Notes: a model not told the origin generated them from the letters alone. Shown: positions 9,978 to 20,282, counted from the first letter of the stretch. The stretch is 56,819 nt of DNA from Eubacteriales bacterium (GCA_045652665.1 JAZRUS010000054.1:1-56819); one strand, 5' to 3'. Numbers and translations are program-made.

Positions 9978-11900
9978 ATGAAAAATGATAATTTTTGCGG
10001 CTTTGGCAGCATAGACGAATACGTGCGGCACAAGCTTTCCTCGTATGAAAAAGAAGAAAAGAATTTTGAAACTCTTTTCCGCTATATGTTCTGTGATGCC
10101 GATAACGTAATGGTTGAGACCTCCGACGGATACCGCATAAAGAAGGTGACCTACGGAGAATTTAGGGACTCCATCCTTTCGATAGCTCCGACCCTTATGG
10201 ATTCGCTCGACGATCTTCCGGGCGACGCAATAGTAGGTCTTTATATGCAGAATTCTGTGGAATGGCTCAAGCTGTTCTGGAGTATCCTTATATGCGGATA
10301 CCGTCCTCTGCTTATGAACACGCGACTGCCCGACGACGTCCTTGAGGGAATAATCACGGACCACTCGGTATCCGCCGTGATATCGGACGGAAAGCGTTTT
10401 TCGGTAAAGACCCTCGTATCTGCGGAGGTCTCCGTCCCGTCTGATAAGGCGCATGTAGAGCGCCCGTTCGGCTCCGAGGTGATATTTATGTCATCCGGAA
10501 CGTCGAGCAAAGTTAAGCTCTGCGCTTACACAGGCGAGAACTTTTATTATCAAATCCGCGACAGCGTGAATATAATAGAGCAATGTCCGGCAATAAAGCA
10601 GCATTACGACGGCGCGATAAAGCATCTTGCGCTTCTGCCTCTTTATCACGTTTTCGGTTTTATTGCAGTATATATGTGGTTTGGCTTCTTCTCGCGCACC
10701 TTCGTCTTTCCTAAGGACCTCGATCCCCAGACGATAAGAAGTACGGTTAAGAAGCACAAGGTCACGCATCTGTTCGCCGTTCCTATGGTGTGGGAGGCGG
10801 TCTATAAGGCGGCAGTCAAAAAGATAAAGGCGAAGGGCAAGTGGACGTGGCGCAAATTTAGGATTATCACGGGACTTGTCAATTCGCTCGGCCCACTTGG
10901 CGATAGACTCGCGCACCGCGCGCTCGGCGAGGTCAGGGACGCCCTGTTCGGTGACAGTATACGCTTCCTTATCAGCGGTGGCAGTCATATTGATCCGGAT
11001 GCGCTGAAATTCTTTAACGGTATAGGATATCATCTTGCAAACGGCTACGGAATGACCGAGGTAGGAATTACCTCGGTCGAGAAATCGAACAGAAAGAAGA
11101 TGCTTAATTCCGCATCCATAGGCTCGTCCTTTGGAAACACCGAGTATTCGGTAGGAGAGGGAGGAGTTCTTTTGGTACGCGGCAGAACGATGGCATCAAG
11201 GATAGTTGCCGACGGGGTCAGCCGTCAGACCGATTTTGACGAGTGGTTTGAAACCGGAGATCTCGTTCGTAAATCCGGCGGCAGGTACTTCGTAGAGGGC
11301 AGGGCAGACGACCTCATAATAACCGAGAACGGTGAGAACCTTAATCCCAATCTGATTGAAAACAGCATGGTGCTTCCCTCGGTTGACGGAGTTTGTATAT
11401 TTGCCGATGAGAATAAATCCGTCGTGCTTCTTGCCAGTGTTCAGGGCTGCTTCTCCTCTGAGAAATTCAGAGAGATACACGGCAGCATATGTGAGCAGCT
11501 CGCGAAGGTTAAGCTTGACGTCGTAATAAAAAAGATTGTTTTCACTCCCGAGCCGCTAATGCTCGGCAATGAATTTAAGGTGAGCCGCAAAAAACTCGCT
11601 TCAAGATATCTTAGCGGAAAAATGAAGATATTTGACCTTGCGAACATAGACGAAAATATTTCGGAAATGATGTCGGGTCTTGAGGCAGAGATCAGAGATT
11701 GCTTTGCCGAGGCGCTCGGTAAGGGGTCCTCGGAAATCGGAGAGAACGATAACTTCTTCCGCGATCTCGGCGGCACGAGCATCGATTACTTCTCGCTGCT
11801 CGGACTTTTAAAGAACCGATTTGGACTTGAGCTTCCGGCAGATGCGGCTGAAAGACTTGCTACGGTTAAAGAATTTTCTCACCATATAAAAACACACTGA
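9978..11900 (+). CDS. AMP-binding (acyl-AMP ligase) protein with C-terminal acyl carrier domain
   Basis: FMSSGTSSKVK, GYGMTE, FETGD and GRADD motifs; C-terminal NFFRDLGGTS. Confidence 0.88.
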   Translation: MKNDNFCGFGSIDEYVRHKLSSYEKEEKNFETLFRYMFCDADNVMVETSDGYRIKKVTYGEFRDSILSIAPTLMDSLDDLPGDAIVGLYMQNSVEWLKLFWSILICGYRPLLMNTRLPDDVLEGIITDHSVSAVISDGKRFSVKTLVSAEVSVPSDKAHVERPFGSEVIFMSSGTSSKVKLCAYTGENFYYQIRDSVNIIEQCPAIKQHYDGAIKHLALLPLYHVFGFIAVYMWFGFFSRTFVFPKDLDPQTIRSTVKKHKVTHLFAVPMVWEAVYKAAVKKIKAKGKWTWRKFRIITGLVNSLGPLGDRLAHRALGEVRDALFGDSIRFLISGGSHIDPDALKFFNGIGYHLANGYGMTEVGITSVEKSNRKKMLNSASIGSSFGNTEYSVGEGGVLLVRGRTMASRIVADGVSRQTDFDEWFETGDLVRKSGGRYFVEGRADDLIITENGENLNPNLIENSMVLPSVDGVCIFADENKSVVLLASVQGCFSSEKFREIHGSICEQLAKVKLDVVIKKIVFTPEPLMLGNEFKVSRKKLASRYLSGKMKIFDLANIDENISEMMSGLEAEIRDCFAEALGKGSSEIGENDNFFRDLGGTSIDYFSLLGLLKNRFGLELPADAAERLATVKEFSHHIKTH

Positions 11901-11916
11901 GAGAGAGGACGTTAAT

Positions 11917-13839
11917 ATGATTAGATCCCTTGATAAAAAGTGGAAGGAGTTTCTTTTCTCCTTTTCCGGCTTTGGTCCGAACTTTTTGATGATACTTATG
12001 GGCTCGTATTATTCCGATGCCTTAAATCCCGCTGCTCTTGAGAGCGGTGAGCAGTTCCAGGCGATAATGCCCGGGGTATGCTTTATACTTCCCGCGCTTT
12101 TCCCGATACTGTTCGCGCTCGGTAAGGTCTTTGACGGACTTATAGACATTCCGTTCGCTCACATCACGGATACGCTGTCTACCAAATGGGGCAGGCGCAG
12201 ACCTGCTATAGCAGTGTGCTTCTTGCCCATGGTAATAAGCTTTGTATTCTGTTGGTTACCGATAGGCGGAACGGATGCGCCGCTCTTTAATACTATCTGG
12301 GTTACCTTCTGGAGTCTTATTTTCTTTGCGTCCTATACGATGTGCCTGATCGCATTCTACGGCTCGCTCTCCACCGCCTGCTCGGATGAGCCTCAGCGCC
12401 TCAGGGTTTCGGGATACAAATCGTTTTTTGATACAATATCCTACTGCATCGTTTACGCTCTCGTTCCGGTAATTCTTACGGGTGCCGGGCTCCAGATAGA
12501 CACGCTCGTGTTCCTATCCACACCGCTTATGCTTACGATGCTTATTCCGCTATTCCTTATCAAGGAAGGCGCGAAGTACGGCTACCCCGAAAATGAGGGA
12601 ATGAGCGAGGAGAAGGTAACTATTGGCGAGAGCATAGCTCTTACCTTCAAAAACAAGATATTCCGCCGCTGGCTCTACGTAAACTGCTGTACCTTCTTTG
12701 GACTTCAGATGTTCCTGTCGTCGATGAACGGTCTTATAATCGGCGGTATCGGACTTAACGGCGCGCAGATGGCAATACTGAACACCGCGGCATTTGCTCC
12801 CGTTCCCGTTATGCTTTACCTGTTCAACAAGGTAAAGGCGAAGAAGGGCGTGCGTCTGACCTATCAGAGCTGTCTTTTGATGTTCGCGATCGCAATAATG
12901 TCCTTCTTCTTTGCGTCAAGATTTGTTCTCGGAGAGGAACATCTTACCGCTAAAATTGCTATGGGAATAGCGGGCGGTCTTTGCGCCAGCTGGTCGATCG
13001 GCGTATTCTTTATGATGCCGTATCTTGCGCCCGCTCAGATATCAAGCGTTGAGGAGCGTCTGACTCACAAAAATCACTCCGCGATGTATTTTGCCGGAAA
13101 TGCCGTTGCAACCTCGATCGTCGGCGCGATCTCCGGTTCGCTCGTCTACGAGTATATTAAAAACGTATTCTTCACAAAAGATGGGTGGAAGTTCACTTGG
13201 GCAACGAGCTCAAAGGAAGCTTACATAAAAATATTCGGTGCAGATGGCGTCGGTGCCGCGCTCACTGATGCACAGGCAGCAACGGTATTTAATTTCGGCA
13301 ACCTTCTCGTTCCGTTTATCGTATGTATAACCTGCATTATCGGTCTGTTCCTTGCCTTTAAGCTTCCGCGCGATTTCACGCCTGCGATACTTGCAAGGGA
13401 ATTCAAGGAGTTTGATCCAACGCTCGATATAAGTAAAATAGAGGCGGAGGAAGTGCCGCAGGAAAAGGGCGAGATCATCTTCGTTCAGGTAGGTCTTTCC
13501 GTACTTTCCGGATTTATCTTCGGATTTATATGGTCAGCGATAGTTATGCGCTCGGTCAAGGAGCTTGGCGGCAGGATAAACCGCCTAGTAGCATATGTTT
13601 TGTCTTGCTTCGTCCCTCTCGCATCTGTTTATTTTGTATCTAAGATGTCAGACGGGCTTTGTGCCCTCGCAAAAGAGCGCGGTGTTGAAATGAAGATCAA
13701 TAAGCCCCTGCTTGTTGCGCTTTCCGTTTTGTTCCCACTCCTTCCGCTCAACGTGATTACCCTTGCGATACTTCAGAAGAAGATAAATTCGCTCTATACC
13801 GCGGAAGCCGTCGACTCTAAGGTCAAAGAGGCTGAATAA
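11917..13839 (+). CDS. MFS transporter (GPH/MFS_2 type) with extra C-terminal membrane domain
   Basis: D..ID...AHITD...TKWGRRRP motif; more than 12 TM segments. Confidence 0.85.
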   Translation: MIRSLDKKWKEFLFSFSGFGPNFLMILMGSYYSDALNPAALESGEQFQAIMPGVCFILPALFPILFALGKVFDGLIDIPFAHITDTLSTKWGRRRPAIAVCFLPMVISFVFCWLPIGGTDAPLFNTIWVTFWSLIFFASYTMCLIAFYGSLSTACSDEPQRLRVSGYKSFFDTISYCIVYALVPVILTGAGLQIDTLVFLSTPLMLTMLIPLFLIKEGAKYGYPENEGMSEEKVTIGESIALTFKNKIFRRWLYVNCCTFFGLQMFLSSMNGLIIGGIGLNGAQMAILNTAAFAPVPVMLYLFNKVKAKKGVRLTYQSCLLMFAIAIMSFFFASRFVLGEEHLTAKIAMGIAGGLCASWSIGVFFMMPYLAPAQISSVEERLTHKNHSAMYFAGNAVATSIVGAISGSLVYEYIKNVFFTKDGWKFTWATSSKEAYIKIFGADGVGAALTDAQAATVFNFGNLLVPFIVCITCIIGLFLAFKLPRDFTPAILAREFKEFDPTLDISKIEAEEVPQEKGEIIFVQVGLSVLSGFIFGFIWSAIVMRSVKELGGRINRLVAYVLSCFVPLASVYFVSKMSDGLCALAKERGVEMKINKPLLVALSVLFPLLPLNVITLAILQKKINSLYTAEAVDSKVKEAE

Positions 13840-14492
13840 TGGTAGCTCTGTTTTCGTGGTTCGTTAAGATAACAGGTTGGATACTTTCTCTGACCGTTTT
13901 CAGAACCAAGGTTTATTATGAGGATGCTGACGTTCAGCGCCGTCGCATAAAGGGGAAGGCGATAATAACCCCGAATCATACTTCCGTTTTCGATTTTGCG
14001 GGGATGATGTTTCTCTTTCCGCTTCGCACGCTTAGATGCGTCGTAGCCGAGGTAATGTTCAATAAAAACTTTTTTATGAACGTCTTTCTCCGTATGCTCG
14101 GCTCAATACGCGTCGAGCGTGACGACTTTGATTTCTCATTCCTCGGCAAGTGTAAGCGTATACTTGACAGGGGCGGAGTGGTCGAAATCTATCCCGAATC
14201 CCGTCTTCCAAAGCCGGGGGAGAGCCGTCCGCTCGAATTTAAGCCAAGCGCGGTGTATCTCGCCCTTGAGGCTGATGCTCCCATAATTCCGATATATACG
14301 GACGGAAAATATTTCTGCAAGCAGAGATGCCGTATAATAATCGGAAAGCCGATATACGTTCGTGAGCTTTATGACAGTGCGCTGTCCGAAAAAGAAAACA
14401 TAGAAAATATAAACGCTTATTTAAGAGGAAAGATCATTGAACTCAGTGAACAACTCGCAGAAAAACAAAAAGAAGAAAAGGTTTCTGCCTAA
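13839..14492 (+). CDS. PlsC-family lysophospholipid acyltransferase 1
   Basis: NHTSVFD (HxxxxD) and variant YPES motif. Confidence 0.88.
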   Translation: MVALFSWFVKITGWILSLTVFRTKVYYEDADVQRRRIKGKAIITPNHTSVFDFAGMMFLFPLRTLRCVVAEVMFNKNFFMNVFLRMLGSIRVERDDFDFSFLGKCKRILDRGGVVEIYPESRLPKPGESRPLEFKPSAVYLALEADAPIIPIYTDGKYFCKQRCRIIIGKPIYVRELYDSALSEKENIENINAYLRGKIIELSEQLAEKQKEEKVSA

Positions 14493-15159
14493 TTTCTGCT
14501 ACGACTTCGTAAAAATAACCGGTGCGATTCCCACTCTGATATGGTTCAGAACTAAGGTTTTTCGCCCGTTCAAAACGAAAACTCCGCGCGGAGGCGTTCT
14601 TATATCGGCGAATCATAAGAGCCTTATCGATCCGATAATAGTGCATACCGCCTTCTCTTCCAGAAGGCTTCACAGTCTTGCGACGAAGGATCTGTATAAC
14701 ACGAAAACGAAGGCGAAATTCTTTAACCTGATGAACTGCATAATGGTTGATAAGGAGAATTTCAGTCTCTCGTCCTTCCATGACGTTGTAAACCGTCTGT
14801 CCGACGGAAAGGCAGTCGTTATATTCCCCGAGGGAAAGCTGAACCGAGAGGACGGAAACGCGCTCCTTGCATTCAAATCGGGGGCAGTCCTTATGGCGCA
14901 TAAGGCGAAGGCTCCTATTCTCCCCGTCTACATAGTGAAAAGGGAAAAGTGGTATCACCGTCAGCACGTGATAATCGGAGACCCGGTAGACGTCCGCGCG
15001 ATAGCCGGCGATATGCCGACTATGGAGGCGCTCGACCGCGCCAGCTCTTATCTCAGAGACCGCGAGATAGAGCTGCGTGAGTATTACGAGGAAAGAATCA
15101 CGGCAAAAAAGAGAAAAAAGACAGCAGAAAATAAAGAAAAAGAGGTAGTAACGCAGTGA
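14437..15159 (+). CDS. PlsC-family lysophospholipid acyltransferase 2
   Basis: NHKSLID, IFPEG and FKSGA motifs; start codon uncertain. Confidence 0.9.
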   Translation: MNSVNNSQKNKKKKRFLPNFCYDFVKITGAIPTLIWFRTKVFRPFKTKTPRGGVLISANHKSLIDPIIVHTAFSSRRLHSLATKDLYNTKTKAKFFNLMNCIMVDKENFSLSSFHDVVNRLSDGKAVVIFPEGKLNREDGNALLAFKSGAVLMAHKAKAPILPVYIVKREKWYHRQHVIIGDPVDVRAIAGDMPTMEALDRASSYLRDREIELREYYEERITAKKRKKTAENKEKEVVTQ

Positions 15160-16667
15160 ACGACAACAGATTTGAAAAGTATACCGACAGTGAAACCTAC
15201 TCTAAGATAGTGAACTATAACAACGTAGCCGAAATGTGGGAGCATAGCGTGAGCACCTATGCCGATAACGTTGCGATAGTGGACGGCAGGGAATATACCT
15301 ATGCACAGCTTGATTCTGACGTCTGTGCGTTCAGAACGGTGCTTAAAAATGCGGGAGTGCTGCCAGGTTCTCTTATCGGAATCCTAGCTCCTAATTCGAT
15401 AGGATTTGTGAAGGCATTTATTGCATCAGTGACCTACGGCATGCCGGCAGTTCTTCTCCCGGCTCACCTCGATGCGGCAACAGTTTTCGGTTGTTCAATG
15501 GGCTTTGGTCTTAAGGCTATCGTTTACGATGAGTCTCTTGAGGATAAGCTTGCGCTTGTAAAGGAGCGCAATCCCGCGGTATCGCTCGTCCCCACCTCTG
15601 CGACCTGCAATGTTCCCACACCGGCAATTCACGCCCCTGCGGAATCTCTCTGTACGGTACTCTTTACGGGCGGAACTACCGGAAAGAGCAAGGGGGCGAA
15701 GCTCAGTCAGAGAGCTGTTATGGCTGGTGTCCGCAACGGATGCTACGGAATTAGATACGTGTTTGAAGAAAGATATCTTCTCGTCCTTCCGCTCACGCAC
15801 GTGTTCGGTCTTATCCGAAACCTTCTTACCGCGCTTTATACGGGAAGCACTCTTTACATATGCAGAAACAATAAGGATATGTTCAAGAACATTGCCGAAT
15901 TTAAGCCGACGGTTATGGTCATGGTTCCCGCCCTTGCGGAAATGGCGCTTAACCTGTCACGTCAGTTCGGCAGAAATATGCTTGGCGAATCTATGAAAAC
16001 CATCATATGCGGCGCAGCCGCAGTTCCTCCGTACCTTATCAAGGAATACAAGAAGCTCGGAATTGAGCTCCTTCCCGGATACGGACTTACCGAATCTGCA
16101 AACCTTGTCAGCGGAAACCCCGAGGCAATGGCAAAGCCGGAATCCGTAGGCCTCATATATCCCGATATGGAATATAAGATCGTTGACGGTGAGCTCTGGC
16201 TCAAGGGCATTAATATGATGGACGGCTACGTAAACGGTGAGGAAAATTCGGTAGCTTATGAGGACGGATGGTTCAAGACCGGTGACCTTGTACGGATTGA
16301 CGAGGACGGATTCCTCTATATAACCGGAAGAATTAAGGAAATAATCGTTCTCCCCAGCGGAGAAAACGTTTCTCCCGCAGAGCTTGAGGTTAAGTTCTAC
16401 GCACTTGACGCAGTGCAGGATTGCCTCGTGTACGAGGACGGAGAAAATGCAGGACGCCTTGTTATCGAGATACTTCCGAGAGCAGCAACGCTCAAGGCAC
16501 TCGGCATCACCGACGTCGAGGAGTATTTTAAGGGAGAGGTCGCCAAGATAAACGGGACTCTTCCCGCATTTGAAAAAATCAATAAAGTCGTCATAAGGGA
16601 TACCGATTTCGTTCGTACCCCCGCGATGAAGATTGCGAGAAATTTAAATGGCAATGTCAAGAAGTGA
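15156..16667 (+). CDS. Long-chain acyl-CoA/acyl-ACP synthetase
   Basis: FTGGTTGKSKG, GYGLTE, WFKTGDL and GRIKE motifs. Confidence 0.92.
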   Translation: MNDNRFEKYTDSETYSKIVNYNNVAEMWEHSVSTYADNVAIVDGREYTYAQLDSDVCAFRTVLKNAGVLPGSLIGILAPNSIGFVKAFIASVTYGMPAVLLPAHLDAATVFGCSMGFGLKAIVYDESLEDKLALVKERNPAVSLVPTSATCNVPTPAIHAPAESLCTVLFTGGTTGKSKGAKLSQRAVMAGVRNGCYGIRYVFEERYLLVLPLTHVFGLIRNLLTALYTGSTLYICRNNKDMFKNIAEFKPTVMVMVPALAEMALNLSRQFGRNMLGESMKTIICGAAAVPPYLIKEYKKLGIELLPGYGLTESANLVSGNPEAMAKPESVGLIYPDMEYKIVDGELWLKGINMMDGYVNGEENSVAYEDGWFKTGDLVRIDEDGFLYITGRIKEIIVLPSGENVSPAELEVKFYALDAVQDCLVYEDGENAGRLVIEILPRAATLKALGITDVEEYFKGEVAKINGTLPAFEKINKVVIRDTDFVRTPAMKIARNLNGNVKK

Positions 16668-16908
16668 AATAGCTGAGAAGCTCGCCGACGTAATGAGGCT
16701 TGCGATGTCCGGAGCTTCCGTCGACGTATCGAATCTCAGCGAGGATTCAAGCCTCACGACCGACGTGGGACTCACCTCGGTAGGCGTTCTTTACGTGGTA
16801 ATAGCAATTGAGGAGTTCTTCTCGATTCAGTTTGATAACGTTGGATTCGGCGATTTTAAGACCGTTGGCGACGTAATAGATTACATAGAACAGAAGCTTG
16901 CGGAATGA
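16654..16908 (+). CDS. Acyl carrier protein
   Basis: Small acidic protein, DVGLTS..V.AIEEFF...KTVGDVIDYI; start could be 16648. Confidence 0.88.
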   Translation: MSRSEIAEKLADVMRLAMSGASVDVSNLSEDSSLTTDVGLTSVGVLYVVIAIEEFFSIQFDNVGFGDFKTVGDVIDYIEQKLAE

Positions 16909-17912
16909 AATGGAATCTCGTTGAGCCCTCATTCGGAGATATGATAAGGGTAAAGCTCGGTGAAATATATCACTACGGTATCTACGTATCCGACGGGGAG
17001 ATAATCCAGTTTGGACCGCCCCCCTCACAGCGGCTTACGAAGAAGGACAGTGAGATAGAGGTAATAGCCACCGATATCGATGCGTTCCTGATCGGTGGAT
17101 TCCTCGAGGTATGCGAGTTTGACAAAAAGGAACAAAAAAAGAACCGCACACCCGAGCAAATAGTTGAATTTGCGCGTTCAAAACTTGGAACACGGGGCTA
17201 TAATATTCTGTACAACAATTGCGAGCACTTTGCAAACGAGTGCGTATCGGGAGAGCATAGATCGTCGCAGGCGGATGCCGTGCGCTCGCTGTTCCGCGCT
17301 CTGCCTGTTGCCGACGTGTATATTGCCCGTATTCCCGATGGAAGGATACGCACGGTCGTACCGGAGGCTCGTAACAGAGAAATATCCGAAACGTCAAACG
17401 AGCGCGTTAAAAGGGAAAAGTACTACGTCTGGCGTCTGCTTGAATATGCGCTTGAGCGTAGCTTTGGTATGAGGATGAAGAAGCTTGAATTTGAGTGTCT
17501 TGCGTCCGGCAGATGGACCACCCCCTCTGCTGAAATATCGCTTTCCCATTCCGGAGCGTTCGTTGCGGTGGCAGTATCGCGCGCACCGATAGGAATTGAT
17601 ATAGAGAAGATCTCCGAGCCGCGCTCGGAGCGATTTGCAGACAGGGCGCTTACCGAGGAGGAATGCGTGAAATTCCGCTCTCTCGGTGAGGAGGCGCGCG
17701 CGGAGTACCTTATATCGCTTTGGACGGCAAAGGAGGCTACCTTTAAATCGCTTCATCTTGATGCCTTTTGTCCGAGGGATATAGCTGCAGATGCCTCAAA
17801 GCTGAGAAGCGGCAGGATAAGTGACGGTGAGGATGATTACATATGGACCGTTGCCACGTCAACCCCCGAGAGAGTCAGGGTCTATGAAAACGTTGATCTG
17901 AGCAAATTGTGA
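16905..17912 (+). CDS. LRAT-like (permuted NlpC/P60) acyltransferase fused to Sfp-type 4'-phosphopantetheinyl transferase
   Basis: GD..HYGIYV and YNILYNNCEHFA in the N-half; SLSHSG, IGIDIE and WTAKEA.FK in the C-half. Confidence 0.88.
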   Translation: MKWNLVEPSFGDMIRVKLGEIYHYGIYVSDGEIIQFGPPPSQRLTKKDSEIEVIATDIDAFLIGGFLEVCEFDKKEQKKNRTPEQIVEFARSKLGTRGYNILYNNCEHFANECVSGEHRSSQADAVRSLFRALPVADVYIARIPDGRIRTVVPEARNREISETSNERVKREKYYVWRLLEYALERSFGMRMKKLEFECLASGRWTTPSAEISLSHSGAFVAVAVSRAPIGIDIEKISEPRSERFADRALTEEECVKFRSLGEEARAEYLISLWTAKEATFKSLHLDAFCPRDIAADASKLRSGRISDGEDDYIWTVATSTPERVRVYENVDLSKL

Positions 17913-17925
17913 TTGGAGTCAGAAG

Positions 17926-19014
17926 ATGAGTGAGATGCGTGACGGATCAGTGAAAAGATCCGGCAGAAAAATGAAAAAGATCGTGCTTGCCATAACGGCA
18001 TCCCTCGCCGGAGCGACGGTTGCCGGGGTTGCGGCTACGGTTTGTGCCTACGACGCATTCTTTGAGCGGTATGAGCGGCCGGATTACTCGGTTTATCCCG
18101 GACTTTACGATTATGAAAAGCTCCGTGAGGTGCTTCCGCGCGAGACCTTTACTTTTATGTCTGACGGCGTTCGTCTGGCGGGATATTTCTATCCCTCCGC
18201 CGATGCGAAGGGGCTCGTCGTCGTCGCTCACGGTTTCCACGCGGGAGCAGACGATTATTTGCCGCTGATAGAGGCAATCGTTAACGGCGGCTATTCGGTT
18301 ATTGCGTACGATATAGCGGGAACCTATGATTCCGAGGGAGACTCCAACGTCGGAATGTGCCAGACGCTGAAGGATCTGGACGCCGCGCTTAACTACGTTA
18401 AGGAAGATAATCTTTTGTCGAAGATGCCTCTGTTCCTCCTTGGTCACAGCTGGGGCGGCTACGCCGTATCTTCGGTTTTGGAGCTACACCCTGAGGTTCG
18501 GGCGTGTGTTTGCATCGCTCCGATGTACAGCGGCGCAAGTATAATGGTAGAGAAAGCAGAGCAGTATGCGGGAAAGATCGCATACGCCTCAAAGCCTATT
18601 TTTGATATATATCAGAAAATACTGTTCGGTGACTACGTCAATTATAACGCCGTCCGCGGAATAAACTCGACGGATATCCCCGTTTTGATCGCGCAGGGTG
18701 TTGATGATAAGGTCATAACTGCGAAGGAGCAGTCTATAACCGCGCATCGCGCGGAGATAACAAATCCGAACGTTGAATACTATTGGGGACTTGGCTCACA
18801 GGGGGATCATCTCGGAATATGGCACTCTGATGCATCTTGTGAGTATCAGCGCGATGTTGAAAGCCGGCTAAAGCTTTTGGAGCTTGAGGCGGGAAGAGAG
18901 CTCACCGGTGAGGAAAGGGCAGAGTTTTATAAGGGCATTGACCACCGCCTCTATAGCGAGGTCGATCCCGTGCTTCTCTCCAAGATATTTGAAACCTTTG
19001 AAAAGGGTGTGTAA
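17926..19014 (+). CDS. Alpha/beta hydrolase (lysophospholipase-like) with N-terminal signal/TM
   Basis: HGF, GHSWGG nucleophile elbow, QGVDD acid and a late His. Confidence 0.88.
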   Translation: MSEMRDGSVKRSGRKMKKIVLAITASLAGATVAGVAATVCAYDAFFERYERPDYSVYPGLYDYEKLREVLPRETFTFMSDGVRLAGYFYPSADAKGLVVVAHGFHAGADDYLPLIEAIVNGGYSVIAYDIAGTYDSEGDSNVGMCQTLKDLDAALNYVKEDNLLSKMPLFLLGHSWGGYAVSSVLELHPEVRACVCIAPMYSGASIMVEKAEQYAGKIAYASKPIFDIYQKILFGDYVNYNAVRGINSTDIPVLIAQGVDDKVITAKEQSITAHRAEITNPNVEYYWGLGSQGDHLGIWHSDASCEYQRDVESRLKLLELEAGRELTGEERAEFYKGIDHRLYSEVDPVLLSKIFETFEKGV

Positions 19015-19037
19015 TTAAACGTAAAGGAGAACATATA

Positions 19038-19580
19038 ATGTATTATTGCTCACGTTGCGGAAAGAAGATCAGCTATGATTCAAGCATCTGCCGCGAATGC
19101 AGCCGCAGTGCATCAAAGATGAAGCGCGATGACGAGGATGTCTCATACTTTGAGGAGGACAGCTTCGTTTCCGAGGATTTTTCCGATACTTCCTCTGAGT
19201 ATGAGGCTCCGGTTCGTGATACCTCGACCAGAATGAAGGGCTTTCCCCTTGCGCTTACAGGCGTAATTTTGGACGTTGTATCCACAATAGTTATGGGTAT
19301 AGGCATCGGACTGTACGGATTCTTCCCGGCGGTCGGGTTGATCGTTTTGATGATCTCGGCCATTATGTGCCTTGTAAGCGTTATCGGCGGTATAAGATCG
19401 ATCGTTACCTTCGTTAAGGTCAAAAGGAGCGGCGGTGCCGTCCCTGTTGCAACCTTGGTTCTCGGAATAGCATCTATCGGTGTTGCCGCAATAATTTTGC
19501 TCTACGTTCTTATTCTTGCCGCCGCGCTCGGCCTCGTCTTTGACGACGGATATTACGGCGGAGATATAAACTACTTCTGA
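19038..19580 (+). CDS. Zinc-ribbon membrane protein
   Basis: N-terminal CxxC..CxxC, acidic linker, three TM helices; AAGGAG RBS. Confidence 0.75.
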   Translation: MYYCSRCGKKISYDSSICRECSRSASKMKRDDEDVSYFEEDSFVSEDFSDTSSEYEAPVRDTSTRMKGFPLALTGVILDVVSTIVMGIGIGLYGFFPAVGLIVLMISAIMCLVSVIGGIRSIVTFVKVKRSGGAVPVATLVLGIASIGVAAIILLYVLILAAALGLVFDDGYYGGDINYF

Positions 19581-19725
19581 TAATTGAAGTTTATAATTTA
19601 ACAAAATTAAAATAAAATTAACCGTTTGTGCGAAAAAAATACAAAATATTCAAAAAACTGCTTGACAATTGTTCTGCAAAGTGTTATGATATACATATCA
19701 TTAAAATAAAAGGAGATTTTCTAGC

Positions 19726-20091
19726 ATGAAATTCATCGGCAACATTCTTTGGCTTCTCTTTACCGGTCTCGTAAGTGCAATCGGATACTTCTTCCTTGGT
19801 GTATTTTGGTGCATCACTATCGTTGGTATCCCCTTCGGTCTTCAGGCTTTCAAGTTCGCTAAGCTTGCTCTCTGGCCCTTCGGAACTAAGGTAAATGCTA
19901 ACTTCGGTAAGCACCCCATCATGAACATCCTTTGGTTCATCTTTGGTGGATTTGGCCTTGCAATTTCCTTCTTCTTCATGGGTATCTTCTGGTGCATCAC
20001 CATCATCGGTATCCCCTTCGGAAGACAGGCATTCAAGTTTGCAAAGCTTGCTATTATGCCTTTCGGCGCTTCTATCGAGAGAGCAGCGTAA
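19726..20091 (+). CDS. YccF domain inner membrane protein
   Basis: Two repeats of NILW..GG..CITI.GIPFG.QAFK.A.LA..PFG. Confidence 0.92.
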   Translation: MKFIGNILWLLFTGLVSAIGYFFLGVFWCITIVGIPFGLQAFKFAKLALWPFGTKVNANFGKHPIMNILWFIFGGFGLAISFFFMGIFWCITIIGIPFGRQAFKFAKLAIMPFGASIERAA

Positions 20092-20100
20092 TAGTTACAT

Positions 20101-20129
20101 AAAAAGCGACGCTACAGCGTCGCTTTTTT
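20101..20129 (+). terminator. Rho-independent terminator
   Basis: AAAAAGCGACGC-TACA-GCGTCGCTTTTTT. Confidence 0.85.
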
Positions 20130-20177
20130 GTTTTTCTCTTTGTTTTTGTTATTTTTGTTTTTTTCTTCAATTGACTC

Positions 20178-20206
20178 TTGCTTTTTTTAAATAAATATGA
20201 TATACT
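20178..20206 (+). promoter_or_regulatory. Probable promoter for the tRNA-Ser locus
   Basis: TTGCTT-17 bp-TATACT with extended TG, upstream of the 5' half tRNA. Confidence 0.6.
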
Positions 20207-20282
20207 ATTACAGTACGTGATAGGAACAACCTGTCTTCGTCACTTTTACGTGATTAAGAGGTATTTTACACGAGTTTAATAT

